Below, piece by piece: positions 25,464 through 39,480 of a stretch of DNA of 64,000 bases. The notes under the pieces were generated by a model that was given only the letters and a program-made list of their open reading frames with translations, was not told the DNA's origin and searched no databases. The translations under genes and the position numbers were made by a program. Origin of the DNA: Rhizophagus irregularis (lineage: Eukaryota); the NCBI RefSeq assembly GCF_026210795.1, contig NC_089434.1:4712001-4776000 (forward strand), given 5' to 3'. Every line of letters starts with the position of its first letter. Within the stretch, counting starts at the first letter, position 1.

Positions 25464-28400
25464 ACATATCAAATGAATTATTATTGATTGGACAGGTTTT
25501 GAGCATAAAGACTGTCCAAAATCTGCCCAAAACTTGTCCAAAACGGTTCAACCGCCTCTCCTCAAGATCACTCTTCCACGCGTGATATGATCTTAAAATT
25601 AACATATTTCCTATAACTAATCCACCTGGAGGCTCTATCACGCCAAGAAATATAATATAAAAATATAAAATAAATAAAATAAATAAAAGTAAAAAAATAA
25701 AAGAAAAATAAAAAATATAAAATAAAGAAAAAAATATATATATAAGGAAAGAAAATATATAAAGAAAATAAAAGTAGAAATATAAAGAATTAAAAGAACG
25801 TGTAAAATATTATAGAGATAATATATTCATTAAACTATAAATAGTAATATAAAATAAATAATTAAAAAAAATAAAAGATAAAATAAAATAAAATAATAAA
25901 AAAATATAAAGAACTAAGAATAAAACGTATAAAATTTAAAATATGTAAATAGTGGCGACAGATCGGATGATGGATGAGGCGAATGATAATAATTATAAGT
26001 AATAAGATATATGATATATGATATTGATATTATTTGTATAATTGAGATAATATTTGATATTTGATAATATATAATGGAGTTATATGAGAAAGTTATTGTG
26101 TGATATAATTTTTTTTTGTAAAAAATAAAGAAAAGATCTAGAGGAAATTTCAGAGCTTTTTTATAAGAAAATATTTGGTATTCACATTTACGAATAACAA
26201 TATTTGTAATCTATGAATGAACAAAAATATTATTACTAAAAATAAATGACACATTAACAATAACTTTATTATTAATCATAAATTTGTTCTAGACATTGAA
26301 ATTCCGAAAAAGAATAATAAATAAACTATTTATGTTTAGTTGTGACAAAGAATGATTTTACGAATTTCTACAACGAATTTCTCACACAAAATTAATATTG
26401 TTGTAACCGTGAACCTCCGCGAACTTCATGCAAATAGGCGTTTCATCTATCAAGTAAATATTGTAACCTTATTAGTAACAATAATTATCTTTATTCTACC
26501 AGTTGAAATGTTGAATTTAAATTATCTAAAATAATGTACTTTTAATCTATTAATTTTAGAATTCAATTATTACCGCGTCGTAATTTGTTCAAATTAATTT
26601 ATAAAAATAAATAATATATTACAGTTGGAATATGTTCTTCCATGTGAACACGTTCAATGATAAAATTTTAATCAAATGAGTCATGAAAATTTTATTATAA
26701 AGAACGCTTCAACTTTAGTGATCGTCTATCGATTCTGTCGATGTGTCACAATAGATTGCCATATATGGTTTGGTTTGTAATGCCGAAGATTTATCAAAGC
26801 CATCGTGATGTGAAATATTTCTTCCAGTTTAGGATTATACTTTAATAATATTTGTTACATCAATAAAACTTAATCAGGAATCATTTATTGAAATTTTCAC
26901 ACAAATAAGCCTTTTTCACAGATAGGGAAAATCATTGGTGTAATATCCGATCCAAGTATTAACAGTAAATCAGAAATTTGTTATTGTTTCCCATTTTGGC
27001 AATTACATATTTTTTACAATACGAAGTTCAATGTAAAGTATATTTTTATTATTAAAAAGAAAAACACTCAAATTGTATGTAGAAAATGTTTAAAGGAGCA
27101 ATATGCACTATTTATCGAAAGTTATAATGTAAATATTCGTGCAATTTCTTATATATATTTTTCGGTACAAAAAAAAAAAAAAAAAAGAATTAAAAGCTCA
27201 TTAAAAAAAATATTACGAAATTTTATATGATTTTCTCATCTTGTTTTACATTTATGGCAAATAGATTGATAAAATCCTAATTGTGGATACAAATCGGGAC
27301 ACGTAACATCCGATCGATAAACAATAAAATGGAACTTTTTCAGTTTAATGAAATTCTGTAAAAGGAATAAAGATAGGGATAAAAAATATCCCTTGTTTGT
27401 TTTTTTCTTGTGTCATTGTTCGTTATCAAATATTTGTCAGTACAAACCATATGAAAAAAAAAATGTATCTATCATATAATTTTACAATTTTTATGTTATG
27501 AAATCTATACAGAAGATGCGGTAATTGCTTTTTATAATCGTTTCGATATCGGGAATTTTGCCACATTTAACAAGAAATAAAGCCACAATTGCAAAATTGC
27601 AATATTTCTTTCAAGAGCAACATCAAAAAATTAGTTGACCTTTTGTACGACATTCATTTTTCTGCGCAATTAACTTATCTTTATAAGAAAAAGGAGGAGT
27701 GGATAGTACATATTTTTTGACGGAATTAATTTAACCGAAAAGGTTTTAACAAAAGTGAAAAAGTTAATTTTTAACATTTAACATAAAAAGAAATGTAATT
27801 CTAAAAGTAATTGTTAATTATGCAGTGACACGATATCAATAACGTAAGTAACGTAATGCAAAAATTCGACTAATCATTATGCTTGATATACTGATATGTA
27901 CACAAGATCTAGGTTATATTTAGTTTATAGTTTCTATCATAATATAACTTCTTTTAGAATTACAATTTCGCAATGATACTATTCGAATAATCTAGAAAAA
28001 TCATTTAAAATCATCGTATCACTAAAAATTTTTTTAAAAAATTAAGAACGTTATTATGATTTTAGATGGGAAGGATAATTCATAATTTTGGATTCGCTAT
28101 TCAATCCCCCAAGAAGCTCTAAATACGTATAAATTAATTTTCGATAAATCTGGGATAAAATTAATACTTGCGATCTATTGGTTGACGATCACGTGAGTGA
28201 ACAGAAACATCGCGTGACCACAAATTTTCATATTGCATAGAATTGTCCGACAAATTACTGCTTCGTCAGACTTTCGCATTTAACGTTGATTTACGTGAAA
28301 TTACAGTTTCAAAATGAATATAAGAGGATGATCCGCTAATATAACTGTAGCGTGTGTTTTAAGTCAATAAAGCATATCAATTATTGGAGGAAAAAAAGCG

Positions 28401-29939
28401 ACACTAAAGATGATCCAATTTGATAAAAATACAAGAATCGCGTTTACAAATTCAAAATTGGATACACCATCAACAATGGACATGGATTGGTATCTAAATA
28501 GGATTGTTCATATTCACAACTGTTAAATCCAACTCAAATAATTTAAATATGGATTGGATCGAAAATTCGAAATTCAACCCAATTAATTAATTATTATTAT
28601 TCATATATTTTGATAGTAATTAACGCAAAAAGTAGCTTTCATTCAAAGAATAAACTGAATTTTGTTCTTTATTTTATAATTCAAATATTTATCATTTTAA
28701 GAAAAGCTTCAAACAACAATTAGGATCTTATATGTACTTTGGAAATGAATCACTATAATGATGACGCGAAATTGATTTTGAAATTGAGAACAAGGAAAAT
28801 TTTATGATGAATATTATAATGAATATTATCTTGTTTAGAGAATTTTATTTAAATTATTTCACCAATTCTGCCGAAAACTTGACATATCTTAACGAATATA
28901 AAGGCCACTTTATTAGGATTAAAAGATGATATCATTAGATAGACAATCACGTAAGGTTAACGAGCCACATTCTTTTTTTTCAGGCATAGACACAATAGCC
29001 TAAGTCATGGAATCTACTATTTTAGTTATTTTAGTTAAAATTGTTAATTGCATATAAAGAATCAGGCATATTTTCTCTTTTTTCTAAAACTAACCAGCTT
29101 TGTAACAAAAACTTCGATCGTGATCGCTATAGTATCATTATCATCAAAGATTTTGAGGAAACATTAGATTGAAATAAAATAAAAATAATATTTGCTTAAC
29201 TGTTAAAGATTCTCAAAATATAAAGTATTTTACCTCTTTTTTTTAACATGAAATCCTCTTAAAATCAATGTTCAGTAACGTTCAACATAATTCTATGCAA
29301 TATTTGAATCGTATAGTTAAACATAAATATTATATAATATTAAGTAAAATAAACTTATTATTGAACATTCTAAACTAATATCATAGAGGCAATATCATCT
29401 CTAAAATTTTTAAAATTTTGATTATTTTAGTAAAAAAGAAAAAATTCTATATAATAAAAAATTTTTATACATTATATCTACCTTAAATTTTCTCTCTTAA
29501 TAGGTTAAGAAACACATTTTAATAGTATTTACAGCGTAATTCTAGAAAATTGTGTGATCTGTATTCTAAAATCTAAACTGTAATGTCTAAGTTAAACAAC
29601 AAATTTATTACAATAAAAGACTTTGTGCTAATAGATTATCAATATCTGGATATTATTTTGATCGGCGGCTTAGAGATCAGTGTTGCTTCACGTGATCATA
29701 TATTGGGACGGTTTAATTTGTGAAATCTACTTTTAAAAAAGCGAGGCGTTGTTTCATCACGCCTTTTGTGCTTTGCTCAGTTGAATGAACTCACTTTGAT
29801 CAAAGATTACCCACATGAATATTAGTGATCATGGAAATAACAACTATTTGATTTACAGTTTTACCGTTTTACTGGTACGCCTTATAACTACTGGTTACTT
29901 ACTTTTTTATTCAAATTTTATTGATTTTATATAATGGTT

Positions 29940-31320
29940 TGTAGAACAATAAATTCCCTATTTGATATTCGTCTTTGGATCCTAAAAGACTTATAATATT
30001 GCCTGGAAATTCATAAAGGAGCTTGGCAAAATCACCCAGAGTCGAACACTCCTTTAGATCTTTTGATTTAATGATTAAAGACTTAATTCATATATTTTAT
30101 TCTTATCTTAAACACTTTTAGTTGTATGTGTTCAGAGAGCATAAAATGCCGTTGCACATTCAGCTGCAACTTCTAAGCAGAAAATTGAACTAATAGTTAT
30201 CAGCCGATATCAGGATGGGTTACGACTTTTTCCTTGACGTCTTATTCTCCGATGAATGTAAAAGTTCATTCTTCTTAATTACAAATTCTTCGCGCTCACC
30301 TGCTACCCGAAAAGAGCCTGTTCTATTTCTGGAGGAGCTGAAGTATAGCAAGAGTATTATCAATCTTCTCGTTTCACTAGGAACAAAACGATGATAAACA
30401 TTGACTTAAGTGCAACCGCTTTCTATGAAGGTGGTCCACTTGTCCAAATTGTTAAAAAATATTGGAACTTAGATCTCCTTACGATCTACGTAGGGGCCTT
30501 TCTGAAAGGGACATCAAATGGTTGAGAAAACAATCAAAAACCTTAAAATAAAAGTTAAACATAGAAATGAAGCCCGAACTAGTTACAAGATTGAAAATTA
30601 ACACAAACTCCCGCATCTTCGAAAAGTTGCTAATAAATATTATTGTAGAGTTGATATTCCCATAATTTGGGGAGATCCTTTGCATCAAATAATTATAAAT
30701 AAACATTTGTATATAGTGTTACGATACAAAAAGGTAGAATATTTTTTACCAACATTACCTACTGAATATTTCAGGTACAAAAGCTGACGATTTGCAAAAA
30801 TTGCATTTGTTGTGATAGGGTTCGCCAAAAGCAATAGAGTAAAAAGCCTTAAGTCAACGTCGACAAAAATGCGTGGATCATATATTGCAGAGATAAGAGA
30901 AATTTGTAGGTTTACGTATCAATGTATTTGCCGAGTAACATAAAAAAATATATTGGATTGCGTGAAGCTTGGATGAGAAAGTCATTTGAACATGAAGTGG
31001 GATTAATAATGTATGCTTACGATTCATCTAAAGAATGGAAAGAACGCGATTTATTCGCTGCGACCCTAATCGCTTGCCACTAATACATGATGACAGACAT
31101 ATACTTTGTGTTTATAGTATTGTAAAATAGACGCGAGGTATCCAGATAGATATGGAACCTTATATGGGATAATAATGACGGTAATACGTAATTAACATAT
31201 TTATAATATAAAATTCATTTCGTATTTATCAATTATGTTTAGCTTAGTTGGACTTCAGATACATAAAATCGTTGATTGGATCAAAGATTTTAATGTTCAT
31301 AATTTTGGTGAATTTAAGCG
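29940..31320 (+). pseudogene. Heavily decayed multi-exon gene relic, identity uncertain (possibly with a MYND-like finger)
   Basis: Protein-like fragments in shifting frames: KTYNIAWKFIKELGKIT, RWSTCPNC*KILELRSPYDLRRGLSERDIKWLRKQ, CKNCICCDRVRQKQ, EAWMRKSFEHEVG. Confidence 0.4.
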
Positions 31321-31999
31321 AAATTTATAGATTTCAATTTTTTTACTCAAAAAAAAAAAATATTACTTTTTATTTGGATAATTAGATTAATTAACACAGA
31401 TTTGAATATAGATACACTCTTTATCGTCATGATGAAATAGTACGCCTTAAACAAGATCCCGACGTTATTAATTTTAATGTATTATTAACTAAGATGTGGG
31501 AGTCTAATGAAATGAATGAATTTTTTACAAAATTATAGCAATTGAGGGAAATCGGTTTAAATTGAGATATCAACAATTGTCGAATAATGTATCTTTTTAA
31601 TTTTAAAATAATAAATAATGAATAAAAACAATCATGAATAACATAACACTTTTTATCAATAAATAATCTAACGCTATATAACTAACTATAAGATAATTAT
31701 CGTTTGTTACTATAAAATTAACCTTATTTAACCACATCGACAACCCCGATGTTTATCATGTCACCTTTTCATCCCCCAAAAAATTTCCCGATCATGACAT
31801 TAGTTAAAGATCGTTTATATGAATGCGTACAATTTGATAATAGTTTTAAACAACTATTACCATTTTACCTAATATAAAAACATAATAATATTAATAAATC
31901 AAATAATACATCTATTTAAATAATAAATAATTACCAATTCAAACAGTCGCGCCCCCCTGTTTAGTGCCGCCACTTATTAGTAGCTAAAAGATAAAAATA

Positions 32000-34900
32000 T
32001 AGGGACCTTTCAAATACCTGGTGTATCTCCTAATGATTTAAACATTAAATTTGATGAAAAAAGCTACATCATCATCATAACAATCTATAAATGGCGCTAG
32101 AGTATTGAATTGATATTGTGCATGTTAAGAGATAAGCACCTGTCACAGCACTTCTTGTTGCCTTCTTAGTATGTTCTTGCTGCCTACTTAGTATGTTTAC
32201 CCATATTACTGAAGCAAACTTGTTCAAAGATTGAGTATAAAAAAATAAATATGCATTGATGTCATTCTTGAAAGTATTTGTTCGTATAATTGAAATTCAG
32301 CGGTAACACTATTTGACCCAAATGATAGATGATGTAGTTCAAGTTGTGAAGCAATTTCTATAATAAATTTAAAAGGCAATTTAGAAATTAAAACAATTAC
32401 TACTAATGAACATAGTTGTCCTGAAAAATCTGCGGGCACAAGTATTAAAAAATTTTTGATATACCCTTCGTCCAGTGTTTCTTCTTGAAATCTCTGTTTC
32501 TTTTGTTTGTTTGACTTTTGACTTGATGGGCGACAATTTGCTAGTCGACTTATTGATCTTGTCATTTGGTTCATTCGGATTACATTCTTCCGTTCTGTCT
32601 TGTTGACGCTTAGTTAAAGTAATCCACAAATAATACAACAAATCTTTATAGCATTATCTAAATCTCTATCGATAATTGCTCGCAACCTTCTGAACACTAT
32701 GTCATCATAAATACACAATCTGAAAATCTCAACTACACTAATTTTTGATATAGATATTTGTGCTAAAATGATAATTGAACTTTCATGGTCTTCTCCTTCA
32801 CACTTTTTGTTTTCTATAAATATTAAAAACCAATTTAGACTTTGCTCAGTCTGGTTCGGGCTGAACCCAAAAAATTAGATTTTAAATGGTATACGCTAAA
32901 TAGTCTATAATAAAATATTTATATTTATATAATAAAAATTTCCCACTCTCATCTCTTTCAATATGCGTACTTTGAATGCTACTTACAAAACTCGACAGCA
33001 TATCTGAGAAACCGTCTTCATTTAATAATATTCCAATGTAAGTAAATTATTGATCGGAACACGCTCTTACAAACGCAGAAACAACCACTGCTCAAGAATC
33101 ATGGTCTAATAGCTTGTTGTACCAAAGCTTTTTGGAGTTGGTAATTGGTCTAATAATTGTCTAAGATAGAAAGTATTAACCATCGAGAGATCAGACCAAT
33201 TTTTAAGCAAGATACTAAACAATACAATTAAAGAAATATGATTAGAACTTTAGTTTTGATTAAAATAAACAAATGCAAAGAATACTGAAGCAAACGTTGC
33301 AGGAATAATTTGTATATTGAGGAATTAAATCATTTTTAAATAAGTTAAATACCAATCACTCACCACATTATAACATTTTCCTACATATAAATAGTCTGAG
33401 CCCATTATCTTCAGACGCTCTTTTATGCTCTGATCTTTTGCTTGATAAGTTATTCTCTTTTGTGTCTGTTGCTAAATGGTGGGCCCTAGATTCCATCGGT
33501 TTTTCATATGTTCAATATCTAATTCATATTCCTATTAAGCTCCTATATGATTGCGTTTTTGGCCGATTTATCAAACGTAAAGACCCCCGCTTATTGATTA
33601 ATTTTTCGCCTCTTTCAATTGATTTTTAACCTCCTTTTCTTTCTTTTGGTCGCTTCCTCTATTGCTTCTCAAAATTAATGCTTATCGTTATGCAATCTAA
33701 AACAAAAGATCAACGCGTTTTCTATTGTGAGTACTGTGAATAAAATTTTTCAACTACCATACTTCAAATCTTTACATAACATACAACTTTTTTTAAAAAA
33801 AATTCCGCTTTTAATCCCACGTTTTTAACTTCTGAATTTCGGTAGTGTAATCTCTAAAAATATTGCCATATTTCTTTTGCCCCTCTATTTATTTTTTTTT
33901 CTTTGTATTAATAGTTGAGCAATTCTCAACAAATCATAAACAGTACAACATAGCGATACAAACTCTAGCTTCGGATAATAATACCTTTTGCCATTACGAG
34001 AAATTGTAATGAGATTATCAGTTTAATTGAAATATTTTACGCCACTCGGCAGATATCATCACACCAAATGTGGAGTGCTGAGTAGCACATGCTCATCTGG
34101 TAACTTTTCGAGCGCAGTGAATGCGGCAATCTTGTAATTAAGAAGAGCTTATATTCATTAGAAATTAGACCGTCGATAGTTTCTTAAGGACAAAGCCATA
34201 TCTAATCTACGTTAGAAGTGAATGCGCAACAGCAACTTAGAATCATACAACTAAAGTGTATCCATGAGCTGTGTCACTGTAAGTTTGTGGTTTAGAATAT
34301 TATTTCGATCAAATCTATGTTGTAACTATAGCCGTGAAAAATTCCATTTTCCCTTCCATTTTCTCTAACAGATATTTGAAGTATTATTTCCTAAATTAAT
34401 ACAATCTAATGAGGGGTTTGCATCAATAATATCATTAGAAGACAGGTTTTCTTTGTGTATTGCCAGCACTGCTTTAACAACAGTCATAGTAGTGATATTA
34501 GCAGATTCTCATACGCTGCTGTCTAACATCCGCCATATCATGAATCTCTCATAATCGTAAAGCGATATATAGCAATAGTGTTGAGAATTTCTCGACGATT
34601 AAATAACAAATAGTAAAATTGATTTCTCTCAAACTATACCAATCATCTATACCAATCATAAAATATCTGAGAAATAATATCCTGACACATAATCTGATCC
34701 CGTAAGTAATTCGGTAGATATTTTCGAAAAGGCAAGCGAAAGACTTTAGTTGGGTTGCAGAAAGGATGTACTGAAAGACTTCCCTGCGTTGAGATCTCCT
34801 TTATACTGAACTAGAATCGACAGTTCTACCAGAAGATCCATTAGAAAGGAAGCTATGAAGCTAGTATTTATTGTCGAGGCCTTGAACTGAATCATTATTT

Positions 34901-35750
34901 GCTGGGGCATCCCCAGAAATTCATTTGGATCATGCTTGTAGAAAAGTATTAGTCATTCTAAAAACGGATCTGATAGTATCTTGAATTAGAACTCAAATGC
35001 TAGGATCTTTTAATTTAGAATATCTAAAAGATTGGCACCAAAGAATCGGGAGAGGAGGAACGTGAAGAAGTACGTATGGTGATGGATTTGTTGTGTGTAA
35101 TTTTAATGTCGATGTCGGTGTTACATAATTTGGCGTTATTCGTTAGTATTTCATACTTGTTATGGTTGATAATAATATTGGCCATCTCGTAAAAAGAGTT
35201 GACGATTTGTGGGTTAGTTTTCAGTTGCGGTCAAGAGTGCATTCAATAGAAATTGAATTGAAAAGTAAATAACGCGTATTATGAATGATCTAATAAATTT
35301 TTCGGTAGAGATCAAGCGTAAAACTATGAATCAAAGAAATATTATTTTTGTGTTAATTCACTAAATAATCAGGTGAATAATCTTTGTCAATTTTACCTCT
35401 AATTTTCTTAAGCGTCTAAAAGAATTGTTAATATTGCCGTGATTTTGTGGTGATAATTTTTTTGAAAGATCTGGCATCGATGCATTACTATTATTTAGCA
35501 AAGAATAATGATATCGAGGTGTTGAAGGAGTAGATGATGATTCTGCTGATGATAAATATATCGTTTTTCTTGATCATGAGCGTAACATCGTCTCTTTCTC
35601 AGGCGTAGGCGACGTCTTTGTCCTTTCCGTTTCTGCGTCCATTTACGCTCTGTCTGGAATTACGGCTGGTTGTTCCGAAGACGAGACAAACGCATTCGCT
35701 CAATGTCGTCTTCATACAAGCTCAAAAGATGGTTGGCGATCGAAAATTAG
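32000..35750 (-). pseudogene. One or more decayed host-gene relics of unknown identity
   Basis: GC above the flanks, with long broken minus-strand frames (e.g. KLWYNKLLDHDS*AVVVSAFVRACSDQ; IEIASQLELHHLSFGSNSVTAEFQLYEQ; RFMIWRMLDSSV*ESANITTMTVVKAVLAIHKE). No intact gene model can be built. Confidence 0.4.
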
Positions 35751-36534
35751 AGGCAAGTGGTATGAATGTTTAATAAATTAATTAAGACGACAAAGTTCGA
35801 GAAGTTTTGAACTTTACGCTACATGGGGGTGTCGATCAACAAAATTTCTAAGCCACCGATCACTAGATATTTAAACCGAATTTCTTAATTAATACAGTAG
35901 TGCATTTTTTCAATTTTTTTTTTTAATACTAGATAGTATTAAATTTACTTATTATTAATTCAGAATTTATAAATAATTGACAAACGAAATCATTAGTTCC
36001 ACTTAAATTTCAATTATTTCAATTTTGTTCAAACTAAACAAAAGAATGTTAACAATAAAAGTCTTATTTCAGAATACTTTGAGATTGGCCACGATTTTCG
36101 TTCTTACAGCAAAGTAGCAAACACCAGTACACCACTTACTGAAATGGTTAAAATTTTACTTAAAGCCGCAACGGACAATGGGCCTTTCCACTTCATACTT
36201 GCTGTTCAAAAATATGGATTTTTTTCTGAGAATATAAGACTTCTAAGAATTTGCATAGATAGGATTTTCACGGTATTATTGATAAGGCTGACCGCATCTT
36301 CTCAATTTTATCAGCTTCACGTTTAAGTTCACAATACTCTTCTACAACCCTATCGACGACCTTTACCTTTAGTAGTAGTGGACGTAAGTATTAAAGTATT
36401 AATTAGAAATATTTAAAATATATTTATTAATATATATTATATTCTCTTTATATTCAGAGGTGAAAAAAAAAACTTTATCAATAACCATAAAATTTTGATC
36501 GATTGGCGATTGGCGATTGGCGATAATCAAAGTA

Positions 36535-37907
36535 TCAAACCACCAAACATCTAAATTAACATATTTGGTAACAATAAGAACTTTTTTTTTTATATATATC
36601 ATGGATGTATTTTGTTGGTTTTGACATTTATAATTTTTTTCATTCTATTCGATCGTTTATACATACTATTCATTCATACATAATAATCATTCATACTATT
36701 TATTCTTCTTTCATCATAGCTATGGTTCAACTTTACGCAGATATTCTTTTATTGATTATGCTTGAATTACAAGATGATATTTCTTCTTTACATTCTTGCG
36801 TCCTTGTGAAAAGCTTTAAAAGCAGGCGGAAGTTGGCTAACAAAGGAACGCCGGAAATTTGAGAATTTTACCGAGAAAAATTTCAAAGTTTTTCGTAGCC
36901 ATACCTTTCACACCTAACGGCCGACTCGGAATTTGCCAATATAAATCGGAAATCGGAACATAGCAAATTTATAATAATCATTGTATTAGTCAAACCACCA
37001 GACATCTAAATTAGGTAACAATAAGAACTTTTTTTTTTATATATATAACATGGATGTATTTTGTTGGTTCTGACATTTATAATTTTTTTCATTCTATTCA
37101 ATCGTTTATACATATTATTCAATCATACATAATAATCATTCATACTATTTATTCTTCTTTTCATCATAGCTATGGTTCAGCTTTACGCAGATATTCTTTT
37201 ATTGATCATGCTTGAATTACAAGATGATCTTTCTTCTTTACATTCTTGCATCCTTGTGAAAAGCTTTAAAAGCAGGCGGAAGTTGGCTAACAAAGGAACG
37301 CCGGAAATTTAAGAATTTTACCGAGGAAAAATTCCAAAGTTTTTCGTAGATCCCGGTCTCGGATAGCCATACCTTTCACACCTAACGGCCGACTCGGAAT
37401 TTGCCAATATAAATCGGAAATCGGAAATCGGAATATAGCAAATTTGTAATAATCATTGTATTAGTCAAACCTCTAAATTATAGGTAACTATAAGAACTTT
37501 TTTTTTTTTATATGTAACATGTTGGTTTTGATATTTATAATTTTTTTTCATTCTATTCAATCGTTTATACATACTATTCATTCATACATAATAATCATTC
37601 ATACTATTTATTCTTCTTTTCATCATAGCTATGGTTCAACTTTATGCAGATATTCTTTTATTGATTATGCTCGAATTACAAGATGATATTTCTTCTTTAC
37701 ATTCTTGCGTCCTTTGTGAAAAGCTTTAAAAGCAGGCGGAAGTTGGCTAACAAAGGAACGCCAGAAATTTGAGAATTTTACCGAGGAAAAATTTCAAAGT
37801 TTTTCAGCTGATTGTCAGCAAGAGTCCAAGAATTTATTTGTAGATCCTGGTCTCAGATAGCCATACCTTTCTTATGGAAATATATCTTTCATATCAATGG
37901 AATTACA
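36535..37907 (+). repeat. Tandem triplication (~450-460 bp) of the promoter and 5' end of a paralog of the 11430 F-box gene
   Basis: ATGGTTCARCTTTAYGCAGAT at 36722, 37172, 37631. CACCTAACGGCCGACTCGG (11091) recurs at 36911 and 37379. Copy 3 resumes homology (TCCTGG...TGGAAATATATC) to ~37907. Confidence 0.93.
36722..36862 (+). pseudogene. Truncated F-box-only ORF, 46 aa (sister copy 37172-37312; frameshifted copy from 37631)
   Basis: MVQLYADILLLIMLELQDDISSLHSCVLV matches the 11430 gene; a foreign ~88-bp insert then supplies KSFKSRRKLANKGTPEI*. Confidence 0.75.
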
Positions 37908-37930
37908 GTAATTATGTGAAGGACTTTCTA

Positions 37931-38170
37931 CAGTCAACGCTTGTTATAGTGAAGAAATTTGCTTATAGTGACTTTTTTTATCCCCCCAGTTCACTTACTA
38001 ATAAATCTTATTCGTTATAGTAAACTTACTAATAAAACCTCGATATTAGATAGATATAGTAAACTTTTTAAAAATTTTATATATTTTATTTTATTTATTT
38101 ATTTTATTTCTAAAAGAGAAAAATTTTATATAGAACGTATATTGTAAATTTATATTCGTTATAGTGAATA
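37931..38170. mobile_element. Possible terminus of a pogo/Tigger-like element
   Basis: TA followed by CAGTCAACGCTTGTTATAGTG, with repeated (G/C)TTATAGT subterminal motifs; the partner end was not found. Confidence 0.4.
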
Positions 38171-38739
38171 TCACGTGAAATCATTTCACGAATCAAAAAT
38201 TAGGTCGCTTTATTATTGATATTATATGTATAAGGAACAAGATCATACTATGAAATGCCAATAGAACTATTATCAGATAAAGAAATTATAAATAATTCAT
38301 TGATCTAAATATACACAGAATTGGAAATTCTTAAGGCTTTAAAATCAAAAATTAAATACTTTTGTTAAAAGAAACTTTTTATTGTATTAAATCAATAATT
38401 TCAATTTTCAGAAATACGCGTAAACTTATAGCGGTAAAAATTTTGCTGAACTTTGTAAAGTGTGTTTAATTTTCGTGTGTAAAATTTTTAATAACATCAA
38501 AAGAATAAATCTAACTTATGGTAAATTTACCCAAAAAATGCATCTCTCAGAAGAACATATAATGACTTGAAATTAGCTTACAGTATTTTACACGATATCT
38601 CGAATACGCATTACAAATAAATTTCTATTTACTTTACAGTAAATTCAAATATTTCACTACTATGTTTAAACTTAGAAAATATATATATTAAAGACATATA
38701 ACTTTAAAAATTGGAAGGACATTATTATTTTATTATTGT

Positions 38740-39480
38740 AATCCAATGAATTAATCTAATTCATTACAATATGCTGAGCATCTTCGTATAAGAATAGCCT
38801 CATTTCAACAAGTTATAGTAATCTCAAATTAATCAGTAATATCAAATATAGGTTATAGGAGTGAATCAATAAAATTCCCCAAATTTCTTTTTTAAAATTT
38901 AAGAACCAATTGACATACATTACAATATGAATCTTACTTTTTAATTCATCTAAAAGATTAGATGCCATTTATGGTTAATATCCAGAAATATTTCCTTATC
39001 TCAATAACAGATAAGTTATTGCAATAGAATCTTTAAATACATTCGCTACAATATGGCATCCATACATACCATTCATATATATGATGTTATTATTTGTAAA
39101 CTTTAATATGTTTTCTTTATTAGCCAAATAAAATAAATTTCTTTATTGAATTAAAGTATTTCTTTTTAACATAAATTTCATTGATTTTCGTAAAGTCTTA
39201 AATTAAGGCGCCAAACACCAACTTCTTTACACCAGATTGTGCATTAAAAGCTAATATTTTTTTTTACAATCGATTGAACATTTAATTTTACGAGTCCCTT
39301 AATTCAATGAAATGCTTTTTCCTTTACCAAAATAATATATTTTACAATAATAAAATTCAAATGTTTACACAAATAAAAATGAACGAAAATCATATTATTG
39401 TATAAGACAATTATCCTGGAGAGTTATTTTGAATATAGGATTAGAACTTCCCTATTTGGGTTTTAAAAGTTTTATAATAC
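38740..39480 (-). mobile_element. Possible decayed MULE (Mutator-like) transposase fragment
   Basis: Broken frame KENILKFTNNNIIYMNGMYGCHIV...AITYLLL resembles the MULE first-aspartate region; strongly AT-shifted. Confidence 0.35.

Noticed and set aside
25133..25641. Three overlapping minus-strand ORFs
   Set aside because: Artefacts of a stop-free 34-bp tandem repeat cycling through the frames.
37716..37843. GT...TAG segment in F-box relic copy 3 as a newly gained intron
   Set aside because: Splicing would drop the conserved VN codons, the poor GTGAAA donor is not consensus, and homology stops at ~37907 anyway.
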